In this document: one piece after another, positions 46,532 through 55,589 of the stretch
Numbering within the stretch: position 1 is the first letter of the stretch
Layout of the letters: each line of letters starts with the position of its first letter
NCBI GenBank assembly: GCA_026418195.1
Contig: JAOABU010000097.1
Span: 3,997 to 67,996, forward strand
Origin: Spirochaetota bacterium
GTDB taxonomy: Bacteria; Spirochaetota; Spirochaetia; DTKZ01
Reading direction: 5' to 3'
DNA length: 64,000 bases
Notes under the pieces: generated by a model
Database searches by the model: none
What the model was told of the DNA's origin: nothing
Seen by the model: only the letters and a program-made list of their open reading frames with translations
Program-made: the position numbers and the translations under genes

Positions 46532-49064
46532 CGGTAAAACGGGTACGGCCAGGTGAACTCTCGAAGGTGATGGAACCTCCATGTTCCCGCACGATGGATC
46601 GACAGATTTCGAGCCCGATTCCGATCCCTTCTTCCTGCTTCTTGGTGGTAAAAAAGGGCTCGAAGATAAAGGGTTTGATTTCTTCCGGGATCCCGGGACC
46701 GTTATCGATGATCGAAACAGAAACAAAGGATCCTTCCTGTTTCGTCTCCAGGATCAGTTCCCCCTCATAGTTCATGGCCTGCAAGGCATTGTTGATTAGG
46801 TTCAACCACACCTGGGTGAGTTGTGCAGAGGATCCCCAGGCTTGGACTCCCCCATACTTTCGTACGATTCGTACCCCATCCTTGATTCGATTCTGTAGAA
46901 GGACCAGCACTGTCTCGATATCCCTTTCTATCTCCACTATTCCCCGCTCTATGGGAGTTTCGGCTTTCAGGTACCGTCGTAAGGCCTGGACAACCGAGGA
47001 TGCTTTCTGGGCGGCCAGATCGATCACAAGGATGGATCGAAACAGGTTCAAGCTTTGGCTAACATGGTGCAGGAGTTCCCGTCTGTGTGGGTCCTTCAAG
47101 GCTGGCAGAAGAATGTCGAGGTAGGCGGAAATGGAGGGGGAAAGGTCCTCTAAAAGTTCTAACGCCTCCTCTGGATCATAGACTCCTGCTTCTCGAAGCC
47201 GGTTTGTAAAAAGGGAACTCTCCTCCTCAGTAAGAAGGTTCGTGAAAGCTGGGGTAGATCGTATCGTTTTGAAAACCCACAAGTAGAATACCCGATCCTC
47301 TTCAGGCAGAGAATAAAAATAGGGAAGCTCTTTTTCTATGAAATGCTCCATTAATTGGCTAAGGGAATGGGTAGAAGAAAGAATCGCACCCAAAGGGGTA
47401 TTCAACTCATGGGCTATTCCCGCAGAAAGTCTACCAAGTACGGATAGTTTTTCTGCCTGAAGGAGGCGGTCCTGGGTCCTGGAAAGATTGGTAAGAACAT
47501 TTCGCAATTCTTCGTTTGCCTTTTGTAGATCTTCGGTTCTCTCCCGTACGCGACGTTCCAGTTCGGCATTAAGGGCTTTGATCTCTTCCTCTCGTTCCTT
47601 CAGAGGGGTTATATCAATGGTAGTTCCGAGCACTCCGATAATCGTGCCTTCGGTATTCTTCAAAGGAATTTTGGTGGTTAAATGCCATACCCGAGTTCCA
47701 TCCGCTAACGTATGGGAATGCTCCAGTCCGATCTTTGCCTCACCGCTTTGAATAACGGATCGGTCTTCCGAACGATACAATTCCGCTTGATCTTTCCAAG
47801 GCATGGCGTAATCATCCAGTCCAACAAGGCTTTCCGTGGTTTTCTTCCCTGTGTCCTGGAGGAATCGACGATTGCATCCCCGGTACTTCAGGTCCAAATC
47901 CTTCCAGAACACTTCAACCGGGATCGTGTCTAAGACAGTTCGGATGAAGATGCTGGATTCTGCTAACTGTTTCTCGCGTTCCTGTACAGCTTCAGCCATG
48001 GATTGAAACGCAACCCTGAGGGTTTCCAGTTCTTTAAACCGCTGAGGCGGGAGTGGAAGGGAATAGGTTCCTTTTGAAATCGCTTCAATGCTTTCCGTGA
48101 AGGGCTGAAGCTCTTTGCACAATAAACGACTCACCTGCCTTGCTGTTAGAAGGGATAGAAGGGAGAAAAACGCTAAGAACGCAATCCCCCAGGATAGAAG
48201 GGTTAAGGGTTGGATCTGTATTCTTTTTTCTTCCTGCACTACCCCTACAACCCATCTGGACTCTTCCACAGGTGCGGTAGTTACGATCATCCTACCCTCT
48301 CCAAAAATGGAGGATTCCACGATCGAGAGGGAGGGAACGTTCCCGTCCAATGTGTTTCGTACCGCGGGTATGGTCCGAATGTTTTCCCGCCGGATCACGA
48401 ATCGAGGTTCCCGATGCACTACTAAGTTCCCTTCATTGTCGCAGGCAAAGACATCGAGGAAATGAGCTTCACCGTACCGGGGAAGGGTAAAATCTTGCAA
48501 GAACAGCTGGGGATCGATCCACCCTATACAGAGGTCTTTACCCGCCTCCAGGCTTAGGGAAAACACGGGGTTTGCAAAGAATGGGTTCAAGCCAATGGAA
48601 GACCAATAAAAGGGGCGAGAACTGTGCTGGGTTTTGGGTAGGAGGTAGGAACAATCGTACCCGAGGATCGCCCGGTTCATTGGGGTAGCTCCTTTTACTT
48701 TACCGGTGCTCCCATCCACAATCCAGAAGGAAAGCAAGGAGGGTTCGCTTTGGATCAAGGCATGACCAAAGGATTGGAATCCTTCATGAAGAGCTGTGGA
48801 GAAGGTTCCACTAGCCCAGTATGTCGCAGCGGTTTGCAGTACAATTTTTAGAGAGGCTCCTCGTACCCGTGCTTCTTCGGCAAGGATCTGGGTAGCTGAT
48901 TTTTGAAGGGATAGCAACTGTTCCTTGATATTTTTACGTATGAGGAGCAAGGTGATCAGAGTGATGACGGCAAAGAGAAGGATCATGACCAATGCGGTGC
49001 GATAGATGAAGTAAGAACCCAAGTTCGTGGGTCTATTCGATGGTCCTGTTCTCGTAAAGATCAC
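46479..49064 (-). CDS. sensor histidine kinase (periplasmic sensor-HAMP-PAS-HisKA-HATPase)
   Basis: H-box HELNTPLG, N-box LINNALQAM, G-boxes IDNGPGIP and GIGIGL, and a PAS region. No receiver domain or adjacent response regulator. Confidence 0.85.
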   Translation of the reverse strand: MIFTRTGPSNRPTNLGSYFIYRTALVMILLFAVITLITLLLIRKNIKEQLLSLQKSATQILAEEARVRGASLKIVLQTAATYWASGTFSTALHEGFQSFGHALIQSEPSLLSFWIVDGSTGKVKGATPMNRAILGYDCSYLLPKTQHSSRPFYWSSIGLNPFFANPVFSLSLEAGKDLCIGWIDPQLFLQDFTLPRYGEAHFLDVFACDNEGNLVVHREPRFVIRRENIRTIPAVRNTLDGNVPSLSIVESSIFGEGRMIVTTAPVEESRWVVGVVQEEKRIQIQPLTLLSWGIAFLAFFSLLSLLTARQVSRLLCKELQPFTESIEAISKGTYSLPLPPQRFKELETLRVAFQSMAEAVQEREKQLAESSIFIRTVLDTIPVEVFWKDLDLKYRGCNRRFLQDTGKKTTESLVGLDDYAMPWKDQAELYRSEDRSVIQSGEAKIGLEHSHTLADGTRVWHLTTKIPLKNTEGTIIGVLGTTIDITPLKEREEEIKALNAELERRVRERTEDLQKANEELRNVLTNLSRTQDRLLQAEKLSVLGRLSAGIAHELNTPLGAILSSTHSLSQLMEHFIEKELPYFYSLPEEDRVFYLWVFKTIRSTPAFTNLLTEEESSLFTNRLREAGVYDPEEALELLEDLSPSISAYLDILLPALKDPHRRELLHHVSQSLNLFRSILVIDLAAQKASSVVQALRRYLKAETPIERGIVEIERDIETVLVLLQNRIKDGVRIVRKYGGVQAWGSSAQLTQVWLNLINNALQAMNYEGELILETKQEGSFVSVSIIDNGPGIPEEIKPFIFEPFFTTKKQEEGIGIGLEICRSIVREHGGSITFESSPGRTRFTVTLASFDPAVPPHTSCT

Positions 49065-50206
49065 AATTCTGGCTCCCGCTCCGAAATCAAGGTGAATGCT
49101 CCTTCCCGAACCGTGAGAATGAATAAGGGGCGATACGCGTCTCCGGTTTCATCGAATCGAATTTTACGTTGGACTCCCTGAATTTCCCGGATCCGTTTGA
49201 GTGCTTCTTTTAATGGTTCTCCAGGTTTCCGCTGCCGAAGAGCAGCTTCGAGGAATCGTACTGTTTCGTAAGCGTGTACAGATCCAAAGGTGGGTATCCT
49301 TCCGAAGGTTTCCTGAAATTTGGCTTTAAATCTTAGGAATCCAGGAGAAGAATCAATCGGGTTGTGGGATTGAGCGATGATGGCTCCCTCTACAGCCTTC
49401 CCTCCATAGGTGATGAGGTCCTGGTTGTTCCCCCATCCGCTTACCGCAATGATTCCATCAGGCACCCTCTGCTTGAATGCTTGGGCAAATCCTGCCGTAT
49501 CGATGGAGCTTGCAACGATACACAACCCCGTTGCTCTTGGTTCTTTCTGTAAAGCCTCATCGATTACTTCCTGATACGCGGGCGGGGTTCGAGTCTGGAA
49601 AGGAAGAACAAGAGGAACGATTCCACCCCGAACCTGGTACCGATTTTGAAAGGTTTTCACCCAATTTTCTGCATAGGCGGCGTTCCCTAAATCAAAGATC
49701 CCTATAAAAATCTTTGGGCCATAGGTCTCGATGGTATGATCCGCTACTGCTCTGGCCTCGGAGGTAGAGGAGTTAACGACTCGGAACAAGCAGTCGTCTT
49801 TTTTGTCGAAAATAGGCGAAGAAATCGATGCACCCAACAACATCATCTTCCTTTCGCTCAAAAAGGGTAACACAGCATCTGCAATGGCACTGGTCGCATA
49901 TCCCATAACGACTTCGATACCCATTTCAGCGAACTCTTTTGCGTTAGCCAACGCTCTCCCCTTATCTCCCCCATCATCACGAACAACAAGTTGGATTCGA
50001 ACGGGTCCTTCCTCCCGATTGATTTCTTCTACAGCTAACAGTGTTCCTTCATACAGATCTTTTCCGAGGCTAGCACCCCTGCCTGTCAAGGAGGAGGAAA
50101 ACCCTAAGGTGTAAGTGGTTCTCCGGTGGCACGCAATTGGAACAAGCGCAGTCAGTCCTAAGAGGAGATAAAATGCAATCTGGTGTGCATGAAGACAGAT
50201 TCTCAT
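49061..50206 (-). CDS. periplasmic binding protein, LivK/Peripla_BP_6-like (possible lipoprotein)
   Basis: Type-I PBP pattern. Start taken at MRICLHA...VPIAC. 4-nt overlap with the kinase gene. Confidence 0.65.
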   Translation of the reverse strand: MRICLHAHQIAFYLLLGLTALVPIACHRRTTYTLGFSSSLTGRGASLGKDLYEGTLLAVEEINREEGPVRIQLVVRDDGGDKGRALANAKEFAEMGIEVVMGYATSAIADAVLPFLSERKMMLLGASISSPIFDKKDDCLFRVVNSSTSEARAVADHTIETYGPKIFIGIFDLGNAAYAENWVKTFQNRYQVRGGIVPLVLPFQTRTPPAYQEVIDEALQKEPRATGLCIVASSIDTAGFAQAFKQRVPDGIIAVSGWGNNQDLITYGGKAVEGAIIAQSHNPIDSSPGFLRFKAKFQETFGRIPTFGSVHAYETVRFLEAALRQRKPGEPLKEALKRIREIQGVQRKIRFDETGDAYRPLFILTVREGAFTLISEREPEL

Positions 50207-50323
50207 AAAAGGCGATGTTTCCTTTGGCCTAGCAGTTGATGGGGGATATCTCATACTAAAAAGTATCGGTTCGAAGAGGGGGGCTGTCAACCTAGGGATA
50301 CGTTGAGTACGGCGGTACAGAAT

Positions 50324-50350
50324 AAAAAAAGCGCTCCTAAAGGAGCGCTC
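50324..50350 (-). terminator. Rho-independent terminator of the OMP gene
   Basis: On the minus strand: AGCGCTCC-TTTA-GGAGCGCT followed by T7. Confidence 0.8.
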
Positions 50351-50373
50351 TTCTAGTGGTTCTCTAGGTTTGA

Positions 50374-51369
50374 TTAGAACTTCATGTAGAATCTACCGAG
50401 GATGTAGACTACGTTCATGATCGTGTTGTTCGTTCCCATCAAGGGCCAGCGGTAACCTACCTCCAGTTCAATGGGCATGAAGGTTTTGGTGAAGAACAGG
50501 CCGAGGGCAGGGGTTACTGATAGGATACTGGAGGCTGAATCGGGCACCTTGGTCCCTGCGATCTTGTAATCGGGGGTCATCTTGTAGGTGAAGGGGAGGA
50601 AGGCTTTGAATACAAGACCATCCGCAACCGGTGCCCAGTACTGGGGTTCCACCTCAATTGTCCAATCGTACCCTTTGGCTACCTTTGTTTTGTCTCCAAA
50701 TGTAGCATTCTTGTCCGTTTTCTGTTCTGGATAGTAGATGAACTCGCTGTAGAGGTTCACGAAAAACTCAGGAGTAACGTTGTAGTCGTAGTAAAGGCGA
50801 GCACCCAAACCCCAAAGGTGGTTGTCGATTTCCTTCAATACATGCGTTTCATCTTTGGCTAAGTCCGCTGGAGCTGGTTTTGAATCACCAGGCAGGGGGA
50901 TTTTCACTCCAGGAGCAATGGAGAAGCGCATGGTGTCATTCAAAACGGGAGCCTTTTTCCCGATAATCTGGATTTTTGCCCCTGCAAACAGATCCGCAAA
51001 GGAACCTAATACTCCGTTGTTAAAGTAAAGATAGGTAGTTGGTCCGATTTGCTGTTTATCGAAACCCATTGCAGACCAAAGGTTCCAACCGGGAGTCCAC
51101 TGAACCGCTGCGGTGATCCAGTCGGTAACGCCGTATTCGAAGGCGATTCCAAGGTTAAAATATTGAACTCCATCCGATTTATTATTGGAGAATGAGGGGT
51201 GTGGAATAATATCCTGCGCTTCTCCGTCTTTGTCCCAGGCCTCTTTGGCAAAGCCATAGCTTGGGGCGATAGAGATGCGCAGTACTCCTTGGGGTAGGAC
51301 GAGAGCGTCATCGGCGAATACGGGCAAAACGAAGCTTGCCAGTACGATCAGGATCCAGAGTTTTTTCAT
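50374..51369 (-). CDS. outer-membrane beta-barrel protein candidate
   Basis: Signal peptide MKKLWILIVLASFVLPVFA, alternating aromatic/hydrophobic strands, C-terminal Phe. AAGGAG SD before the ATG at 51369. Confidence 0.6.
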   Translation of the reverse strand: MKKLWILIVLASFVLPVFADDALVLPQGVLRISIAPSYGFAKEAWDKDGEAQDIIPHPSFSNNKSDGVQYFNLGIAFEYGVTDWITAAVQWTPGWNLWSAMGFDKQQIGPTTYLYFNNGVLGSFADLFAGAKIQIIGKKAPVLNDTMRFSIAPGVKIPLPGDSKPAPADLAKDETHVLKEIDNHLWGLGARLYYDYNVTPEFFVNLYSEFIYYPEQKTDKNATFGDKTKVAKGYDWTIEVEPQYWAPVADGLVFKAFLPFTYKMTPDYKIAGTKVPDSASSILSVTPALGLFFTKTFMPIELEVGYRWPLMGTNNTIMNVVYILGRFYMKF

Positions 51370-51572
51370 ACTGTTTCTCCTTGCGTGATAAAGATTCAGC
51401 ATTTCGCTATCTCTTATGATTAACGAAAAATCAATAGACGTCAAGACTTTTTATCGGCCATTGACCGAATTATAATAATTGACCCAGATTAAAGAAACGT
51501 TAAAACTGCCACGCCACGAATCGTGGAAATGCCAAGGGAGATGCGGAATTATAATTAACTTGAAGGGACCCT

Positions 51573-51725
51573 TTATGCTTGGATATTCACCGTTTGTCCT
51601 ACCGATTGGTCTGTAACGGGTTCAGCAGGAGGAGGGGAAGTGTTTTCAACCAATGGAGGAGCGGGTGGTGCAGGAGCAGGGTCTACGGGAATGGGAGCAG
51701 GATTCACGGGATTATAGATTTCCAT
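51573..51725 (-). CDS. unlisted 50-codon proline-rich small ORF
   Basis: MEIYNPVNPAPIPVDPAPAPPAPPLVENTSPPPAEPVTDQSVGQTVNIQA. GAGGTGA SD 7 nt upstream of the ATG. It is below the length cut-off of the ORF track. Confidence 0.35.
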   Translation of the reverse strand: MEIYNPVNPAPIPVDPAPAPPAPPLVENTSPPPAEPVTDQSVGQTVNIQA

Positions 51726-51788
51726 ACCAAATCACCTCTATATAAAAGGGTAGTAGAACCCCTTGGAAAAGTCAAATGATTCCGATCT

Positions 51789-53891
51789 TCATTCTTTAAG
51801 GGTCTTCAGCTTCGCATTGATCTGCTCTAAATCGAACAGTTCGGGATCGTAGCTCCCTACCCAGTCGAGAAGTTCCCGGTATTTCTTTTTGTTGGGTGCG
51901 TGGAGAGCCTCTAAGATTTCCTCGTATCCAGGATATCCTCCACAATCTTCTGGAGGACATGCCCGCTTGCCCGTGAGGCATAGCGCTTTCCCGCGAACCT
52001 CTTCATGTACCTCGTCCTCAGATAGAACCTTTTCTACGATAATGGTATGTCCCCAGTTGTCTCCAAAATCGTAGGTATAGAGAAATCGCTGTTTAAGTTG
52101 TAAGTTCAATGTTTGCAATCTCACGGAATCATCCGGAATCGTTTCGAAACCCTCCTCGGCCGGCGGGCCGTAGGATTTTTGATCGATCAGGAACTCGTAC
52201 AGATGGTAATCTCTCCAACCCATCGCGATTTGGATAACTCTATGGAGGTCTCTTAGCGTATAGGTGCCCGGCACCTGGATTCGTCTCCAGATGGGTGGGC
52301 GGATATACTGGAGCTGAATCTTTAGTACGTAATAAGGGACGGTCTTTTTTTTGGTGCTTTTTCTGCTCTTCAGGAGGGGAGTCCCTTCGTTTCCTTTAGT
52401 CTCCTGTTGTTTCGGTGTAGCTCGCTCTTTCTGAGGGTTAGGGACTTTGTCCAGAGAAATAGGGATTGTAGTAGTTTTCTTCAGTGCGGTTTCCACCCGG
52501 TTTCGAATTTCCTGAAATGTCTGCTCCAGAAGCGGAATAACGGATAGGGATTCCGTAAGTTCTGCTTCTGTACCAGGGTTCTTTCGATTCAGGATTTCCA
52601 GGTACCGTTCCAGAAAACCGAACAGCTGTGCTAGGCTTAAAAACTCTTCCTTGGGTAGATCCTTAGGATCTATCTTTCTCCGATCTAAGTCCCGAAGCCA
52701 GGCAGTGTGCTGGTCCAGGATCTGCAGGATCTGGTTTCTTACCGTCCCAGTATGTCGATCGGTAAAGGAATTGTAGGAACGTTTTACCCGTTTCCACAGA
52801 TCGTTGAAGAACTTGAAGAACGAATCCATCTGCTCCTGAGAGGAAAAATTGGTTTCCCGACCCGCAAAGATTCTACTCAGTACCTGCTCAGGAGAGGCAT
52901 TTCCTCGGAAAAAGGCATCTCGAATATAAGCCTCGATGGAACTTTCCTCCAGGGACAACCCAATATCCTGAAGGATTTCGCCCATGGTTCCCGATTTACC
53001 CTGGGGCTCGGGAAGGTTTGGTAGATCTAATTCCTCATTCGCTACATGGGGAGTATGCCAGAGACGATTCTCCAACCCCACATCTACGAAATGGATAAGG
53101 GAGGAAGATTCGATAAAGCCCCCTAAATGGATCGGGGGGTTCGTGAGCACTTTCTTTCCTGCGTAAAAATACGCATAGGCGATCTGTTCTTCGATCGGGT
53201 ATTTTAAGTCTAGATCCTCGAAACTTTGGTAAAACCCCTGTTCTAACGTACGCATCCATTCCGTGCCTGCTTTCAATAGACTTTGACGTTTTCTCTTAGA
53301 TAGAGGTTCAATCTGGTAGGATCCTTTTACCCAGTCGAGGACCGTTACGAGGAATCCTCCTCCAGGTTTCAGCTTCCACTGTTTGATCCGATCGGAAAGA
53401 TCAAAGGCTTCCACCTCTACCATTCTACTTTCATCCCCTTTGGCTTTTTCCTCCCCATACCGGTTGTATGGGTTTCCCCAACTATAGAGACTGTAGAACA
53501 CATAGAGATCTCTCACTCGTTTCCGGACCCGGCATGTAGAGAAGGGCTGTAAGGAAGCATCCTTTAGTTCGACTTCCCAAGGTTTGACACTGTGATTCAG
53601 GAAAGGGAGGAACCTGTGTCCGGGAATAAGGTACCCGTTACTCAACTCTTCTTCTGTAGGTGAAATGAGGAATTGTGCATTCTTGAAGTATAGGTGCCTT
53701 GGGTAAAACAGGGTGAAATCTGTGGAAAATACGATACCTTCGGATTCTAAAAGATCCAGAATCGTTTTATCGTTCTCAAAAGGGATTCCCTGTTTCTGGA
53801 GGTAGTCCCGTAGATCCACGTACCGGAACTTTTTTTTACACTCGAAAACGAACTGTCGAATGGTTTCTTTCAAAGATTTCTGGGAACTCAT
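51789..53891 (-). CDS. large protein with C-terminal pRiA4b-ORF3-like (MM3350-like) domain
   Basis: C-terminal YVLKIQLQYIRPPIWRRIQVPGTYTLRDLHRVIQIAMGWRDYHLYEF...CPPEDCGG. The N-terminal ~500 aa carry no recognised motif. Confidence 0.65.
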   Translation of the reverse strand: MSSQKSLKETIRQFVFECKKKFRYVDLRDYLQKQGIPFENDKTILDLLESEGIVFSTDFTLFYPRHLYFKNAQFLISPTEEELSNGYLIPGHRFLPFLNHSVKPWEVELKDASLQPFSTCRVRKRVRDLYVFYSLYSWGNPYNRYGEEKAKGDESRMVEVEAFDLSDRIKQWKLKPGGGFLVTVLDWVKGSYQIEPLSKRKRQSLLKAGTEWMRTLEQGFYQSFEDLDLKYPIEEQIAYAYFYAGKKVLTNPPIHLGGFIESSSLIHFVDVGLENRLWHTPHVANEELDLPNLPEPQGKSGTMGEILQDIGLSLEESSIEAYIRDAFFRGNASPEQVLSRIFAGRETNFSSQEQMDSFFKFFNDLWKRVKRSYNSFTDRHTGTVRNQILQILDQHTAWLRDLDRRKIDPKDLPKEEFLSLAQLFGFLERYLEILNRKNPGTEAELTESLSVIPLLEQTFQEIRNRVETALKKTTTIPISLDKVPNPQKERATPKQQETKGNEGTPLLKSRKSTKKKTVPYYVLKIQLQYIRPPIWRRIQVPGTYTLRDLHRVIQIAMGWRDYHLYEFLIDQKSYGPPAEEGFETIPDDSVRLQTLNLQLKQRFLYTYDFGDNWGHTIIVEKVLSEDEVHEEVRGKALCLTGKRACPPEDCGGYPGYEEILEALHAPNKKKYRELLDWVGSYDPELFDLEQINAKLKTLKE

Positions 53892-53896
53892 CTGCC

Positions 53897-54418
53897 TTAT
53901 GTGTCTTCCTCCAAGGATCGTGCTTCCATTTGCGCTGCTTTTTCCTCCACAGTCGCTTGTTGAGAATCAATGAACCCCTTCAGCCATTCTTTATAGGCCG
54001 GATTGTACAGTGCCAGGATCCGAAGGGCGAGGAGTGCCGCATTCTTTGCACCATTCACGGCCACGGTAGCAACAGGTACTCCATTGGGCATCTGGACAAT
54101 GGAGAGGAGGCTGTCTAAACCGGAGAAAGAGGTGGTACGAATGGGTACTCCGATCACCGGAAGACGAGTGAGGGAGGCAGTCATGCCTGGAAGATGAGCG
54201 GCTCCTCCTGCTCCTGCAATGATTACCTGGATCCCACGCTCTTCGGCCTGTTGAGCGTAACGCACCATCCGAAGAGGGGTGCGATGGGCAGAAACGATGG
54301 TAATTTCATAGGGCGCCGCGGCCTGTTCTAGGATTTCCGCGGCTTCCTGCATCACCGGAAGGTCCGAATCACTCCCCATAATGATGCCCACGATGGGGGA
54401 ATGGGATTTCTTCTTCAT
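53897..54418 (-). CDS. purE: N5-carboxyaminoimidazole ribonucleotide mutase
   Basis: [25 protein letters not shown]. Confidence 0.9.
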   Translation of the reverse strand: MKKKSHSPIVGIIMGSDSDLPVMQEAAEILEQAAAPYEITIVSAHRTPLRMVRYAQQAEERGIQVIIAGAGGAAHLPGMTASLTRLPVIGVPIRTTSFSGLDSLLSIVQMPNGVPVATVAVNGAKNAALLALRILALYNPAYKEWLKGFIDSQQATVEEKAAQMEARSLEEDT

Positions 54419-55557
54419 AGATGTTCTTTTACGCTCCTCACCTTAAGTATACCTCGAATCGTTTCCGCTTTCCGAAGGACTTCTTCGGTTGTGGCTCCCA
54501 GAATCGTCACATGCCCCATTTTTCGGAAAGGACGGACTTCCCGTTTCCCATAGAGATGGATGGAAACCCCTGGTATGGATAAGGATTCCTCAAACCCTTC
54601 CACAAAGGGAACTCCTGTTTCACCTGGCTCCCCCAATAGATTGAGCATTACTGCAGGCTGGATCAGGTCGGTCGCTCCCAGAGGTAACCCTGTGATCGCC
54701 CGAATGTGTTGCTCAAACTGGGAGGTAAGACACGCTTCGATGGTATAATGCCCGGAGTTGTGAGGCCGAGGCGCCACTTCATTCAAGAGCACCTTTCCTT
54801 CTGCGGTAAGGAACAGTTCGACACCGAACACTCCTACCCCATCAAGGGTTTCCACGGCGAGGCGCGCCACCCTGCATGCTTCTTCTGCAACTTGAGGTGG
54901 GATACGGGCGGGAGCGAGAACCGTGTCACAGATGTTATGATCTGGATTGAATACCATTTCGACTACTGGATATAGGGCAGTATTTCCTGCTCTGTCTCTT
55001 GCCACGATGACTGCCAGTTCCTTCTGGAAAGGGACAAACTCCTCAAGGATCGATGGGGTATCCATCGGAACATCCGCAGGAGATCTGAGAACCCGTACTC
55101 CTCTTCCGTCGTACCCCCCCCTTCGGCTTTTCTGCACCATAGGGTAGTTTGATGGATTTTGCCCATCGAACAGGGAGAACCGAGGCACCGGTACTCCGGC
55201 TTTGGAGAGAATTTCCTTCTGAACCCATTTGTCCTGAATCACTTTTAGAAGACGGGGAGAAGGATACAATAGATACCCTGCTTGTTCTGCTTCTAATAGA
55301 GGCTTCGTGTCGATATGCTCGATTTCATAGGTAGTGATATCGGACTGTTTCAGGAGTTGCTGTAAAGCGTGGGAATCGTACAGGCTTCCTTGGATGAAAT
55401 GGTTTGCGAGAGGTCGGGCAGGGGCGGAAGGATCGGGATCCAGTACCAGGTACTGGAATCCCAGTTTACAGGAACAGTAGATCAGCATACGACCCAACTG
55501 CCCCCCTCCCAAGATACCGATAGTACGAGGCCGTTCGCCTGAAACAAGCTTTTTCAT
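54415..55557 (-). CDS. purK: N5-carboxyaminoimidazole ribonucleotide synthase
   Basis: ATP-grasp with an [11 protein letters not shown]-terminus. It overlaps purE by 4 nt and contains a G8 run (C8 on the plus strand, 55114-55121). Confidence 0.85.
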   Translation of the reverse strand: MKKLVSGERPRTIGILGGGQLGRMLIYCSCKLGFQYLVLDPDPSAPARPLANHFIQGSLYDSHALQQLLKQSDITTYEIEHIDTKPLLEAEQAGYLLYPSPRLLKVIQDKWVQKEILSKAGVPVPRFSLFDGQNPSNYPMVQKSRRGGYDGRGVRVLRSPADVPMDTPSILEEFVPFQKELAVIVARDRAGNTALYPVVEMVFNPDHNICDTVLAPARIPPQVAEEACRVARLAVETLDGVGVFGVELFLTAEGKVLLNEVAPRPHNSGHYTIEACLTSQFEQHIRAITGLPLGATDLIQPAVMLNLLGEPGETGVPFVEGFEESLSIPGVSIHLYGKREVRPFRKMGHVTILGATTEEVLRKAETIRGILKVRSVKEHL

Positions 55558-55589
55558 GGGATGGCCTATTCTACAGGATCGAAGCCGCT

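Noticed and set aside
51579-51779. 66-aa plus-strand ORF listed in the track.
   Set aside because: It has a TTG start and no SD, and its Gly/Arg-rich translation is the mirror image of the proline-rich minus-strand ORF, which does have a good SD.
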